Source: Gemmatimonadales bacterium
GTDB taxonomy: Bacteria > Gemmatimonadota > Gemmatimonadetes > Gemmatimonadales > GWC2-71-9
DNA: 64,000 bases
Reading direction: 5' to 3'
Assembly: GCA_965249575.1 (NCBI GenBank)
Contig: OZ252244.1
Span: 2,720,001 to 2,784,000, forward strand
Shown here: piece by piece, positions 37,548 to 48,146 of the stretch
Layout of the letters: each line of letters begins with the position of its first letter
Position numbering within the stretch: position 1 is the first letter of the stretch
Notes under the pieces: model-generated
The model's database searches: none
The model's input: the letters and a program-made list of their open reading frames with translations, nothing else
Told to the model about the DNA's origin: nothing
Translations under genes and position numbers: made by a program

Positions 37548-39086
37548 ATGGCAGAGAGCGTCAGCCCGGAGTTCCTGGCACTTCAATCGGCCCTCGCCGG
37601 TCGGTACTCCCTCGAACGGGAGCTCGGTCGGGGCGGCATGGGCGTCGTCGTGCTGGCCCGGGATGTCGCCCTCGACCGGCTGGTTGCCATCAAGCTTCTC
37701 CCACCGATGCTCGCGATACGTGTCGGCCTGCGCGAGCAGTTCTTACTCGAGGCCCGGACGGCCGCCGGGCTCTCCCATCCCCACATCGTGCCGATCCACA
37801 CGGTGGAGGAGCACGGCGGTCTGGTCTTCTTCGTCATGGGCTACGTGGATGGAGAGACGTTGCGGGAACGCGTGAGTCGCACGGGACCCGTGAGTCCCAG
37901 GGTCGCGATGCGATTGCTGCAGGAGGTGGCGTGGGCGCTGACGTATGCCCACGACCACGGCATCGTCCATCGGGATGTGAAGCCCGACAATATCATGATT
38001 GAGCGGGCCTCCGGTCGGGCACTGGTCACGGATTTCGGTATCGCCCGCGTGCTGGATTCAGAGGATAACATGCCCAAGGGAGAGGTCATCGGCACCGCCC
38101 GGTACATGAGTCCGGAACAGGCGTCGGGGGACGAGGTGGATGCTCGGAGCGACCTGTACTCGCTGGGAGCGACGGCGTTTTTCGCGCTCACCGGGCGGGC
38201 GCCCTTCGAGGCGCCCAGTGTGCCCGCGCTCTTGGCGAAGCACGTGGTCGAGCCCGCGTCGCCGATGGCGTCGGTGAGGAAGGATCTCCCGCCCAAGCTC
38301 GCGGCGCTCGTGGATCGGTGTCTCGCAAAGGACTCGGCGGCACGGTTCCAGACCGGCAAGGACCTTGCCGAGGCGATCGGCGAACTGCGGGGGAGAGAGC
38401 TCAGGGCGCCGCCGTTGGTGCGCAATTTCGTCAGGAACGCTCAAGTCACGACTGCCGTGTTCATTACGGCCGGGCTGGTCGCGCACGGGATGGTCGTGCA
38501 CGTGCTGATGGTCATCCTCCTGGTCCAACTGCTCTCGGTGGCGCGCAGGCTGCTCCGCGAGGGGTATACGTTCAGGGATATCCGCGCGGCCCTCCTCGCG
38601 GAAGCCCGAGCCCAGGAAGAGGAAGCCGACGCCGCTGGTCAGCGCAAGTTCATGCGACGGCTCAATGGATTCTGGCACCGCATCTGGGCCAGCTGGTTCG
38701 GACGTTTCTTCTTCTGGCTGGCCGGCATCGGTGTGCGACGGCCAGCGCGGTTGGCGGTGCCGTCCACCGAGGCGACCGAAACGATCCTCGGCCGAGCCGC
38801 GGTGGAGCTGTACGAATCCCTGCCGGGCGATGTACGGACCCGGTTGCCGGGTGCCCGGAAGGTCATCCACCGGCTGGAGCACGACGCCGAGGAGCTTCGA
38901 AAGCTGGGTAGCGCGGACGGAACACTGGGTACTGCGGTTGCGGCCCTAGAGAGGGTGCGCGTAGAACTCCTGCGACTCCAGGCAGGAGAGGGATCGGTGG
39001 ACGATCTCACCGACATCCTCGCCCAGGCCCGCGACATCGGGGACCGAATCGACGCCGAGCTCGAGGCGAGGAGCGTAGAGCGATAA
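37548..39086 (+). CDS. Ser/Thr protein kinase with C-terminal membrane/helical region
   Basis: GRGGMGVV, HRDVKPDN, DFG, YMSPEQ, DLYSLG. Confidence 0.92.
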   Translation: MAESVSPEFLALQSALAGRYSLERELGRGGMGVVVLARDVALDRLVAIKLLPPMLAIRVGLREQFLLEARTAAGLSHPHIVPIHTVEEHGGLVFFVMGYVDGETLRERVSRTGPVSPRVAMRLLQEVAWALTYAHDHGIVHRDVKPDNIMIERASGRALVTDFGIARVLDSEDNMPKGEVIGTARYMSPEQASGDEVDARSDLYSLGATAFFALTGRAPFEAPSVPALLAKHVVEPASPMASVRKDLPPKLAALVDRCLAKDSAARFQTGKDLAEAIGELRGRELRAPPLVRNFVRNAQVTTAVFITAGLVAHGMVVHVLMVILLVQLLSVARRLLREGYTFRDIRAALLAEARAQEEEADAAGQRKFMRRLNGFWHRIWASWFGRFFFWLAGIGVRRPARLAVPSTEATETILGRAAVELYESLPGDVRTRLPGARKVIHRLEHDAEELRKLGSADGTLGTAVAALERVRVELLRLQAGEGSVDDLTDILAQARDIGDRIDAELEARSVER

Positions 39087-39129
39087 GCGATTGGTGCGGT
39101 ATCGACGCCCGCAACTCAACGGCCTTCTG

Positions 39130-39305
39130 AAAATCTCAAGCTCGCACGTAGCACCGGCGCCCACACGATCGCGAAAGTTCGGTCTGAACTCGACGCCACG
39201 CGGGGTGAACTCGAGGCCGTGCGGGGGGAACTTGTAGAGGTCCATGAGCGCCTGGACTTCACGGAGCGTCTGCTAGCTCGAAGCTCGGACGTCCGCCCCT
39301 CTTAG
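39130..39305 (+). pseudogene. Remnant of an ERLDFTER-type small protein
   Basis: ELDATRG-ELEAVRG-ELVEVHERLDFTERLL; no start codon or TM found. Confidence 0.55.
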
Positions 39306-39435
39306 AGACACCGATTCATAACGAGGGGGTGTGTGCCGGTGACACAGCGCACGACCGACGCAGGATACTCGAAAGAAGAGGCCGGCCGCATTCGCGAGCA
39401 GGCGCGCACTGGCAGATGGTAGTCGGTCTAGAACA

Positions 39436-39963
39436 ATGACGCGGCGAGTTGCGACTGGGCCGCACGTTTTCCTCCGCCCGCCTACTGTGCGAGACGGTTT
39501 ACGGCTTCTCGAATCAGTAGGTCGCAGCCGTGGCCTTCACCGGCCGTGGGTGTATCCTCCCGATTCTCTAACAACCTTTCGTAAGTACCTTCACGGCAGT
39601 CGCCGGATTGATCAGGCGTGCTTTCTAATATGCATGCGGGATCATGGGGAATTGGCTGGTGTCGTCAATTTGTCGGAGATGGTACGCGGCAGCTTTCAGA
39701 GTGCATACCTGGGCTTCTACGCAATGGAGGGTTACCAAGGTCATGGCTACCTCACGGAGGCAGTGAAGCTGGTGCTGCGGCATGCATTTCGGAGGTTAAA
39801 ACTCCACCGAGTTGAAGCCAATATTCAACCGGTCAATAGCAAGTCGAGGCAGCTCCTCAGGCGCTGCGGTTTCCGCCGCGAGGGTTTCTCACCTCGGTAT
39901 TTGAAGATCGGCGGTCGTTGGCGGGATCATGAGCGTTGGGCAATTCTTGCTGATGCGCGATGA
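39436..39963 (+). CDS. RimJ/RimL-like GNAT N-acetyltransferase
   Basis: FQSAYLGF, QGHGYLTEAV, LHRVEANIQP.N, GFSPRYLKIGGRWRDHERW. Confidence 0.92.
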   Translation: MTRRVATGPHVFLRPPTVRDGLRLLESVGRSRGLHRPWVYPPDSLTTFRKYLHGSRRIDQACFLICMRDHGELAGVVNLSEMVRGSFQSAYLGFYAMEGYQGHGYLTEAVKLVLRHAFRRLKLHRVEANIQPVNSKSRQLLRRCGFRREGFSPRYLKIGGRWRDHERWAILADAR

Positions 39964-40188
39964 GCACGCCCGCTACGTGAATAACCGGGAAGATAGGTAA
40001 CAGATAGACTGGGATATGGGTAACAGTTACTCCCGGCCTTTGCGAAGTCGATTGCGGTCTTGCGTGCCGCTTGTGGGCGGGCCGTTAGGAAGCGACGCAA
40101 GATGTCGATCGTGCGTGCCGTCTACGGCGATAGCGGACCCGCGAGGGGGGTCGGACATCGGCGACGCCGCCCACTATTAGTTAGCCGG

Positions 40189-40581
40189 ATGCAAAAGAAG
40201 ACCATCAGACGCTTATCCTTCGCGCTCGGCACCTCAGCTGTCGTGCTCATGCTGGCTTTGTTCTTCGTGCCGGACTACCGAGGGTTGGATAGTCCGGAGA
40301 ACATGTACAGCGTGTTCGTCACGGGACAGTTGATGCGGCTGGCGCGGGCCCAGGCAGCCTACTACGCCGCGCACAGACGCTACAGCCTCACGCTCGACTC
40401 CCTCGAAGACTGGGGTCGCCATGAGTACATCGACCTACGCATCGAGGCAGCTGATTCGACGGGGTGGCGCGGCACCGGTACGTATCCTCCCCGGTCGATC
40501 CGCTGCGAGCTTCACATTGCTTCTCCCGGCGACGCACCGCCAACGTTCCAAGAGATTGCGCAGGAGTGTGTGCTGCATTGA
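40189..40581 (+). CDS. Hypothetical exported protein (pilin-like helix)
   Basis: N-terminal TM, LARAQAAYYAAHRRYS, GWRGTG..C. Confidence 0.55.
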   Translation: MQKKTIRRLSFALGTSAVVLMLALFFVPDYRGLDSPENMYSVFVTGQLMRLARAQAAYYAAHRRYSLTLDSLEDWGRHEYIDLRIEAADSTGWRGTGTYPPRSIRCELHIASPGDAPPTFQEIAQECVLH

Positions 40582-40956
40582 GCCCCTGCGGTCGGGCGCT
40601 GCGCGTGTAGGCAACTGGGATCAGGGTCCCTTTTGGGCCCGCTCAGCCGGAGTCATAGTTCGGCGATGAGGCTGCAAGCGCCCTCCATCGACGCAGCATC
40701 AATGCTTGCTCTGACAGCGCGCCATGGTTCCTCCGCGATGTCCTCGACGCTTCCGCCCACCTGATCAACGGGCGGACCGGCGTCCAAGAAAACCGTGACA
40801 CGTACCGTCTTGAACTCGAGAGGCTGACATTGGAGAAGGCTACGGATCACTTCGCGGTTCCAGGGCTCCCCATCTTCGTCCTGCATCACGAACCGCTCGG
40901 TCTGGTACCGCACTGCGTAAGTGTTCGGTTCGGGTCCCTCGGCGACATTGGCGACG

Positions 40957-41178
40957 TCAAGTGACACTGCGACTCAGAGCTAGACGCATTGTGTCGATGG
41001 CGCGCATGTCGGGCATCATGAGGTCGACGATAACGAGATCTGCCGGCTTCTCGTGATAGAGCTTAGCCGCAAGCATCGCATCTGTCGCTTCGCTGATGTC
41101 GTGCGCCTCGCGCTTGAGAATCTTGCGCAGCGTGGCACGCGCCAACTCGTCGGTAGCTACTAGGAGAATACGAGCCAC
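40957..41178 (-). pseudogene. Degenerate response-regulator receiver fragment
   Basis: ARILLV..., KPADLVIVDLMMPDM; C-terminal half absent. Confidence 0.65.
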
Positions 41179-41733
41179 GGCCTTATCACCCTGCGCTGCA
41201 TGACAAGCATTTGCCTACGCAGCCAAATCACGGGCGGTACCAAGGACTCCATGAGATGCCTTTGTTCGAGCCCTCGCCGAACTTAGTTCCGCCAACACTT
41301 TTCACCAACTGCCGCCGCGAAATGCGACCAGGACCGGACTCAGCGGCAAAGGACCGATAGTCGAGTTCAGTCGGTTCGCGGAGTTTTCCGGAGAGGCGAC
41401 AGCGATTGCTGCCGAACTGGCCGAAATCGGCCTCCCTATTCGCGCCAGCGATTGGGTGTGGGTGATGGGAAGTAGGCCAGGGGGAAGAGGGTTCCCTCCC
41501 TATAGGCGCGTTCAGCTACTCTGGCTGTCGCCTTCCCCAGGGTCTACTTTAGAGATGTCGGCAAACCGGGTAACGCGTGGGGGATGGTCGCCGTGGTCGA
41601 GGCCGCGTACAGCTGGATCAAGAAGGATTCACGCGCTCCGAATCTCTCGACGTCGTAGTTCAGCGAGGACAGCTTTTGGAGGCGCTGAAAGACCTCAGGG
41701 ATGTGGTCACGAGTTTGTTAGCGAGCGGGCGCA

Positions 41734-42140
41734 CTTGAAGGCGATCGGAACGCGGTCTCTCGGAAGTCTGACGTCTCTCTCGCTGGTTGACGTGCCACAG
41801 CCGGAGCCGGGACCGGGGGAGGTGCGTGTCCGCGTGCACGCATCCGCCGTCAATCCGGTGGACATCGAAGTCGTTCGCTGGGGAGGTCCTGCGCGACTCC
41901 TCCACGCGAAGGTCTCCCCCCTGGTTCCCGGCTACGACCTGTCAGGCGTCGTCGACATGGTCGGCGCGGGAGTCGAAGACCTCTCCGCGGGCAACGCCGT
42001 ATTCGGCCACCTCGCCTACAGCCGCAAGACCCGGCAGGGTACGTTCGCAGAGCTGGTCACGATTGATGCGACGCAGGTCGCGAACAAGCCAGAGGGCGTG
42101 GACCACAGGACAGCAGCGGCCGCAGCGACCGTCGGGCTGA
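41734..42140 (+). pseudogene. NAD(P)-dependent MDR/quinone oxidoreductase, N-terminal (GroES) half
   Basis: PQPEPGPGEVRVRVHASAVNPVD, PGYDLSGVV, GTFAE; Rossmann domain absent, fused in frame to an unrelated TM fragment (42150-42379). Confidence 0.75.
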
Positions 42141-42374
42141 CGGCAGTAGTTGCGACGGGCATCCCGTCGTGGCTGCGGGTAACGGCGGTTGCGATGCCCT
42201 ACGTCTTCATTACGATCGATGTCTTCTCGTGGTGGGCCACGAAATGGGTGCCGGCGGCCGCCTACCTGACGATCTTGGGCGGTTTCGGCTACGCGGTCTC
42301 CTCAGGCTTCATGATCCTGACCTCGCTGTATCAGATGTGGTGGCCGATGGGATCTCGTCGCGGAATGTCTGTGA

Positions 42375-42655
42375 GCTGATCGTGGTCGAGAACTTCTTCG
42401 AGGAGTTGAAGGCGAAGGTCCCGCGATGACCGAGATCACCGCCCGCCTCTCGACCGCACTCGCCGACCGCTACCGCATCGGGCGCCACTTGGGTGAAGGC
42501 GGCATGGCGACGGTCTACCTTGCCGAGGACCTCAAGCACAAGCGGAAGGTGGCCGTCAAGGTCCTGCGGCCCGAACTGGCCGCCATGCTCGGGGCCGAGC
42601 GGTTCGTCCAGAAAATCAAGACCACCAAGAATCTCCAGCATTCGCACGTCATGCT
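42375..42655 (+). pseudogene. Junction of two kinase genes: 3' tip (VVENFFEELKAKVPR) plus N-terminal fragment of the next
   Basis: ATGA overlap; MTEITARLSTALADRYRIGRHLGEGGMATVYLAEDLKHKRKVAVKVLRPELAA truncated after subdomain IV. Confidence 0.8.
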
Positions 42656-42854
42656 GAAACGACCACAATCACTACCGGACAAACATTTCTCTGGGTCACC
42701 TGACACGAATTCGGCACCCTGAAGCGGGAATATCCTAGACACGTACCGTACCTATTTGGACGCGAGCTCAAAACGTCAGATGCCGACCCTCGGCATATTT
42801 CATTTACTGAGGAAACCTTCGCATTCAAATTAGGGACAACATTTGAGCCAAACC

Positions 42855-43643
42855 ATGATTCCCTGCCCAACTAGCATTACGCATCAACACTTGCTCTCGG
42901 CTATCGTGACTGAAGCCGGTGATCGGCCCACCCTTAGTGTTGCAGATATAGGTTGTGGTGGCGGCGAATTGACGCGCTATCTCAGGTCAGCATTGCCGCA
43001 ACTGCTAACAGGTTGCAACATTGATGTGTCTGGATTTGACGTATCCGATTTCGCTCCCGATGACAATACAAATCTCGAATTCGACACCCCCACGGTGAGG
43101 ACCGGAGATCCGTGGCCGTATAGTGATCACTCAGTCGACGTGATGATTTCCAACCAGGTGCTTGAACATGTCGGCGACGCGCAGTTTTTCTTTGCAGAGA
43201 CGTCTCGCTGTCTCAAGCTTGATGGGGTCGCGATCCATCTGTTTCCTCTAAAGAACGTGATCTGGGAAGGGCACATATACGTTCCGCTGGCACACCGCAT
43301 TACGAAGCCAATCTTTATCAGAGCCATGGGGCACATGTTTGGGACAAAACGCGGGAAGAATGTTCCCGGGGGACACGAGCGAGAGTTCGGCGAATGTGCT
43401 GCGGAATACATTCGGAATTACACCGCGTATCGGACGAGGAGTCAGATTGCACGTGCTGCCAATTCTAATGGTCTTCGTGCTTCGTTCGAATACACGCCAT
43501 ACTTCTACACGTCGAAACTTCGGGCCATTGCCAAACGGTCTCCCAAGTTGAAATACCGTAAACGGCCTGTGCTGGAGAACCTCAGTTCGTACTTATTGAG
43601 CTATGTCAGTTCAATAACGCTTGTGTTGCGCCACAGCAGCTGA
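42855..43643 (+). CDS. Class I SAM-dependent methyltransferase (lower GC)
   Basis: ADIGCGGG, PYSDHSVDVMISNQVLEHV, LKLDG. Confidence 0.88.
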   Translation: MIPCPTSITHQHLLSAIVTEAGDRPTLSVADIGCGGGELTRYLRSALPQLLTGCNIDVSGFDVSDFAPDDNTNLEFDTPTVRTGDPWPYSDHSVDVMISNQVLEHVGDAQFFFAETSRCLKLDGVAIHLFPLKNVIWEGHIYVPLAHRITKPIFIRAMGHMFGTKRGKNVPGGHEREFGECAAEYIRNYTAYRTRSQIARAANSNGLRASFEYTPYFYTSKLRAIAKRSPKLKYRKRPVLENLSSYLLSYVSSITLVLRHSS

Positions 43644-44117
43644 AAGGGCGAAGCTCACACATCCAGAACGTTGCTAAGCGGTTGACCGCCGGAAGTCTTT
43701 AGCTATGTCGCCAACGTTTTATGATGCCCCCTCCCACACCGCGCGGTTCGAGGAGTTGAAGGCCAAGGTGGGGAATTCAGCGGTGGCCTGGGCCCAAGTC
43801 CAAACCGCTGGGCACGGCTCGGCGCTCGTAGATTGATTTCCCACGTTTCGAAGCGGGACCGTGAGCCGCACAAGGGCCTCGCACATCGCCAGGGTAAGGA
43901 TCACCGACACGCTGAGGAGTCCGAGTCTCCGAAGACCGATCACAACGGCGTCAGTTCGCACCCCGCGTCCCGGCGAGCGCCCTCGTGCGTCGAACAAACA
44001 ACCGCTGGGCCTTGTCGGCCGACAAGGCGTCGATCAACTGGGATCACGGCGAACTGAGGCATGAAGTGAATCTACGGGTCCGGCGCTGACCGGACAGCGT
44101 CCCAACCCCGCATACTG

Positions 44118-44318
44118 GTGTCCCCCAAATGCCCTACCTGGCTCCGGATTCGCGAGCTCGCACAAACGCCCGGTGTGGACGTCGTCTGCCCGCGGTGCGA
44201 CAACCGGCTGAGCTTTCACGGCCCGGAGGACCGGGGAATGCGGATCCTGGTGCGCTGCGCGGCCCGCCCGCGGTCTCTCTTCGTGAGCGGCTTGGCTGTT
44301 GACCCCGATGCCGGGTAG
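44118..44318 (+). CDS. Small CPRC zinc-finger-like protein (possibly degenerate)
   Basis: RIRE..TPG..V.CPRC..LSFHGP..LVRCA..R.LFVSG; paralog at 49704-49922. Confidence 0.45.
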   Translation: MSPKCPTWLRIRELAQTPGVDVVCPRCDNRLSFHGPEDRGMRILVRCAARPRSLFVSGLAVDPDAG

Positions 44319-44562
44319 GCCTTTGGCGGCGCAACCGAAGACGCTGGGCTACTACCTCTCGGTCTCCTATACCCGGCACGCGGTGGTGGAGTACGACGCT
44401 GTCGGGACTCCCCACTGGAGCGTCCGGGTCACGGAGCTGGCGGACTGCCCAACTGGAAGCGGGGCGTCGTACCAGGCCGCAACGGTCAGCCTCGACAAGG
44501 CGCTAAGGGCGTATATCGAAGCAAAGCTGGAGACAGGGGGAGCATGGCTGAGCCTGTGTTAG
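44308..44562 (+). CDS. HicB-like antitoxin domain, orphan/degenerate
   Basis: KTLGYYLSVSY..WSVRVTELADC..G.S..A..L..AL.AYIEAKLE.G. Confidence 0.6.
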   Translation: MPGRPLAAQPKTLGYYLSVSYTRHAVVEYDAVGTPHWSVRVTELADCPTGSGASYQAATVSLDKALRAYIEAKLETGGAWLSLC

Positions 44563-44675
44563 CCATCCGACACGATCGCTGGTGGCGACGCCAACCTTGG
44601 GGTATCATACGGGGGGCATTGTCGGGAGACGCCTTGCGACGTGACCCGAGCGGCCGGTAGGGACTCAACTAGCCT

Positions 44676-46742
44676 TTGGCAAGCTTAGGGAGGCAGAAGT
44701 CGGGAATCTGTCAGCTTCTGCGGAGCGATTCCGCGTTACCCGCTCGATTGCTCCTGGTATTCTTCCTCGCCGCTGGACTGCTCTCGGTCGTTGGGTGCGA
44801 TGATCCCTCTAGCCCAGGGAAGGTGGCCACGGTGCGGGTTTCGCCCGCGGCCGCCACGCTCGCCGCTCTGGGCGACACGACACGGTTCGTCGTGGTAGCA
44901 AAGGATTCCAAGGGCAACACTACGTGGGGGCAGACCCTATTTGCCTGGTCGTCTTCCGACCCCCAAGTAGCCACAGTTGATTCCGTCACCGGATTGGCAA
45001 CCGCAGTGGCCAACGGCACAGCCTCGATCATCGCGTCGACAGAGGGCATCCAGGGCGCAGCTTCGCTCACGGTCGCGCAGGCAGTCTCGAGGATCGAGGT
45101 GACGCCGGATCGCTCCGCGCTGACCGCCCTGGGGGACACGGTGCACTTCGCGGCGCGAGCGAACGATCTCCTCGGCAACCCAATCCCTGACACCACGTTT
45201 GCCTGGCATTCCTCAGATACGGCGGTGGTGAAGGTCGACGGGGCTGGGCGTGCGACCGCGGTAGGATATGGATCAGTAACCATCACCGCGACCGCAGAGG
45301 GCGTCGCAGGCGCTGCGTCGATCACCATCACCCGAACTGGGATGCGCCCTCGGTTCGAACCCGCGCACATCGTATTCCCCGTCTATCCGGGCCGCACGCT
45401 GTCTCCTGCATGGGGTGATTTCGATAACGATGGGGATCTCGACTTGCCACTTGCCCGCAACGAAGGGGCCGCCGCCTTCGCTGAGATCCCCGGCTTCCGT
45501 GCGCTCCTGAACGACGGCAACTATCATGGTGCGAGTTGGGGCGATTACGACAACGATGGATTCCTGGATCTCGTCGTCCTCGCGTACGAGACAGGCCGCA
45601 GCCTCCTCCTCCATAATGAAGGGGACGGGACGTTTCAGAATGTGGCCCCGCTTCTCGGAATGGATATCGAAGGGAGCGGCGAAACGGCGGTGTGGGGTGA
45701 TTTCGACGGTGACGGCGATCAGGACCTCTTCACGCCCTACTACTCGCACATCAGTCCGTTCCAATCGTTTCTCTATCGCAACGAGGGAAACGGTACGTTC
45801 ACGGATATCGCGGACGATGCCCGGGTCTCCCTCCGATCGCTGCCGGAGCGGCTTCGCCCGGAAGGCGCCCACGCAGCGGACATCAACGGAGATGGAAGCC
45901 TCGACCTGTACTGTGCGCATCACCTGTTCATCAACCAAAACGACGGCACCTTCAAGGACGTGCGCGAGGCGGTCGGGCTGCCGGCGGTGTTCGACGAAGG
46001 GTCGGAGTTCGTCGACTACGATAACGATGGCGACCTGGACCTCTATCTTCGGACGGTCGCCGGTGGCCGTCTCTTCCGCTGGGACGGCGCGGCGTTCGAG
46101 GACGTCACGGCGCGTTCGGGCATCCCCGCCACGACCCTGATGTGGGGCGACAGCTGGGCGGACGTCGACCACGACGGGGACGTGGACCTCCTCTACTTCT
46201 CGCGGACCGAGCCGGCCCGGTTGCTGATCAACCATGGTAATGGGACGTTTCACGAGGATCGGGCCTTCAGCCGCCTCGGAGTCATGGCGGACAATTCCGC
46301 ATGGGGAGACTACGACAACGATGGCGATCTCGATGTCGTCGTGGGAGCGAATGCCTGGCGGCTCTATCGAAACGAGCTGGATAGTTCCGCGGAGTTTCCG
46401 AACTCCTATCTCCAGGTGGTGGTCCTGAATGCGCAGGGTCACCGAACGCAACACGGCGCGACCGTACGGCTCAGGCGCGCCGATGTCGATGACGGCCAGA
46501 TCCAAACCCGCGTCGTCGATGGGGGGTCCGGCTATCTCAGCCAGAATCAGTACGCCACGCATTTCGGCGTGGTCGCGGGGGGCGTCTACGCGATCGAAGT
46601 GGTCTTCCCGAGCGGCTCGGGGGGACCGCTGGTCCTTGATGCGCGATCCCAGCCTTCGCTCGGCGGCATTGTCCCCGAGGAACTCGCCGATAAGAACATC
46701 ACGGTCTACCGGGACGGTCGGGTGATGATCTCGGGCCGTTGA
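44676..46742 (+). CDS. Lipoprotein with two Ig-like (Big_2) domains, FG-GAP repeats and an ASPIC/UnbV-like C-terminus
   Basis: VVGC lipobox, WSSSDPQVATVD, repeated WGDYDNDGDLD, GGSGYLSQN..HFG. Confidence 0.85.
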   Translation: MASLGRQKSGICQLLRSDSALPARLLLVFFLAAGLLSVVGCDDPSSPGKVATVRVSPAAATLAALGDTTRFVVVAKDSKGNTTWGQTLFAWSSSDPQVATVDSVTGLATAVANGTASIIASTEGIQGAASLTVAQAVSRIEVTPDRSALTALGDTVHFAARANDLLGNPIPDTTFAWHSSDTAVVKVDGAGRATAVGYGSVTITATAEGVAGAASITITRTGMRPRFEPAHIVFPVYPGRTLSPAWGDFDNDGDLDLPLARNEGAAAFAEIPGFRALLNDGNYHGASWGDYDNDGFLDLVVLAYETGRSLLLHNEGDGTFQNVAPLLGMDIEGSGETAVWGDFDGDGDQDLFTPYYSHISPFQSFLYRNEGNGTFTDIADDARVSLRSLPERLRPEGAHAADINGDGSLDLYCAHHLFINQNDGTFKDVREAVGLPAVFDEGSEFVDYDNDGDLDLYLRTVAGGRLFRWDGAAFEDVTARSGIPATTLMWGDSWADVDHDGDVDLLYFSRTEPARLLINHGNGTFHEDRAFSRLGVMADNSAWGDYDNDGDLDVVVGANAWRLYRNELDSSAEFPNSYLQVVVLNAQGHRTQHGATVRLRRADVDDGQIQTRVVDGGSGYLSQNQYATHFGVVAGGVYAIEVVFPSGSGGPLVLDARSQPSLGGIVPEELADKNITVYRDGRVMISGR

Positions 46743-46948
46743 CGTTACCATCGTTTTCGGCCAATCAAGCCTTACTTTTTCCCGCGGCGGTAGCGGGGAG
46801 CCACGGGGGGAGCGTTCCAGTCGCATGAACGTCCTGTGTCGGTGACCCCCCATGAACGATGCGTGACCTTCCCGACACCGGTCAGCATGGACGTCCCAAC
46901 TCCGCACCGTGATGTCCCAATCGCACCCTAGGCAGCTGACCCGGCCCG

Positions 46949-47315
46949 GTGCACCATCGCACGGTGGCCCGGATCCTGGTTGTTGACGGCGAGTCAGCCT
47001 TCCGCACCGCCCTGCGGGAGGCGCTGGGGGGTCAGGGGTACGAGGTCGTCGAAGCCGCCGAGGGCCGGCAGGCCCTGCTCGCCCTCCAGGATGCCTCGGT
47101 GGATATCGTCCTCGTGGACCTGTTCGTGCCCGGCCCGGCCGGCCTCGAGCTCCTGATCGAGTTGCAGGTGCGGTGGCGTGCCGGTCATCGCGATGGCCAG
47201 GCGCGGACACGATGATCTTGACGTCCTCAAACTCACGCACCTGTTACCCTCAGTGGGCGTCCTGCCCAAGCCGCTAGCGCCAGCGACGCTGCTTGCGGCG
47301 GTTGGCGACGCGCTA
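46949..47315 (+). pseudogene. Degenerate response regulator
   Basis: ARILVVDG..GYEVVEAAEG..VDIVLVDLFVPG..GLELL; frameshifted, with LPKP remnant downstream. Confidence 0.65.
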
Positions 47316-47720
47316 GGGGTGTAAGGCGGGTGATGAACCTAGCGAGGGGCGAGTGCGCCGGCCGTGTAGACGAACAGTGCCAGGTCGTTCACCCCGTAGA
47401 AGAGGTCGCCTGAAAACGTAGAGCATGACCAAGCCAACTGCCCACACCGCAGCCAAGACAACGGGCGGGAACAGCAGAGAGCGGCAGACCACGTAGGCGC
47501 CGACACCAACGCATACAAGAGTCAGAGCCGTCAGCAGATACAATGAGACGTCCCTCGGCGGATTCCTGACGCAATAGGATACGGGTTCGGTACGTGTGTC
47601 TCAAGCCGTGTTCGCGCCAGCAGATCGGCAGGCAAATACCGCCCCGAGGCGTGGCTGGCTCGGGGCGGTATTACGGACGCTGCCATCAGCCGCCGCGGGG
47701 ATGATGCTTCACCCACGGCC

Positions 47721-48135
47721 CTACTTTGCAGTATAGGTCAGGTGGATCATCAATTCGTCCTTGTTCCCCCAACTCATCGGTGATCCAGACGACAACGGCG
47801 TCGCCGAGTTGTTGAAGTACACGGCGAGTTTCGACTGACCGAGCGGCGCAACGGTGACCGCACCTCCCACGTACCGCTTCTTACTGCTGTCGTCGTATAC
47901 CAGAGCCGTGCCCACGTAGGTATACCCCCCCTTGGCAACACGTTGCAACAAGTCGTCGGGCAATCGGTTTAAATCCACTTTGCCCACCAACGTCCGGCTC
48001 TCGATCTCCCGCCGATCCGTCCACCCCAGATTCTTCAACGCGAAGATCGGGCCCGCACACCGCGGCCGATCCAACCGCCGCTCATAGCTCGCCGCCACCA
48101 TCAAGCGCGCCCTTTTTACCGCCTGACTAAACGCG
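47721..48135 (-). pseudogene. Phage remnants: P22-gp3-like terminase small subunit C-terminus fused to a tail-fibre-like fragment
   Basis: FSQAVKRARLMV..YE.RL..GPIFALKNLGWTDRREI, then beta-rich GSPMSWGNKDELMIHLTY. Confidence 0.6.
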
Positions 48136-48146
48136 GGCGGCGTCGC

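Noticed and set aside
41456..42379. Novel oxidoreductase-membrane fusion protein
   Set aside because: Chimera of an MDR N-terminal half and an unrelated TM fragment, with a non-coding-looking 5' extension
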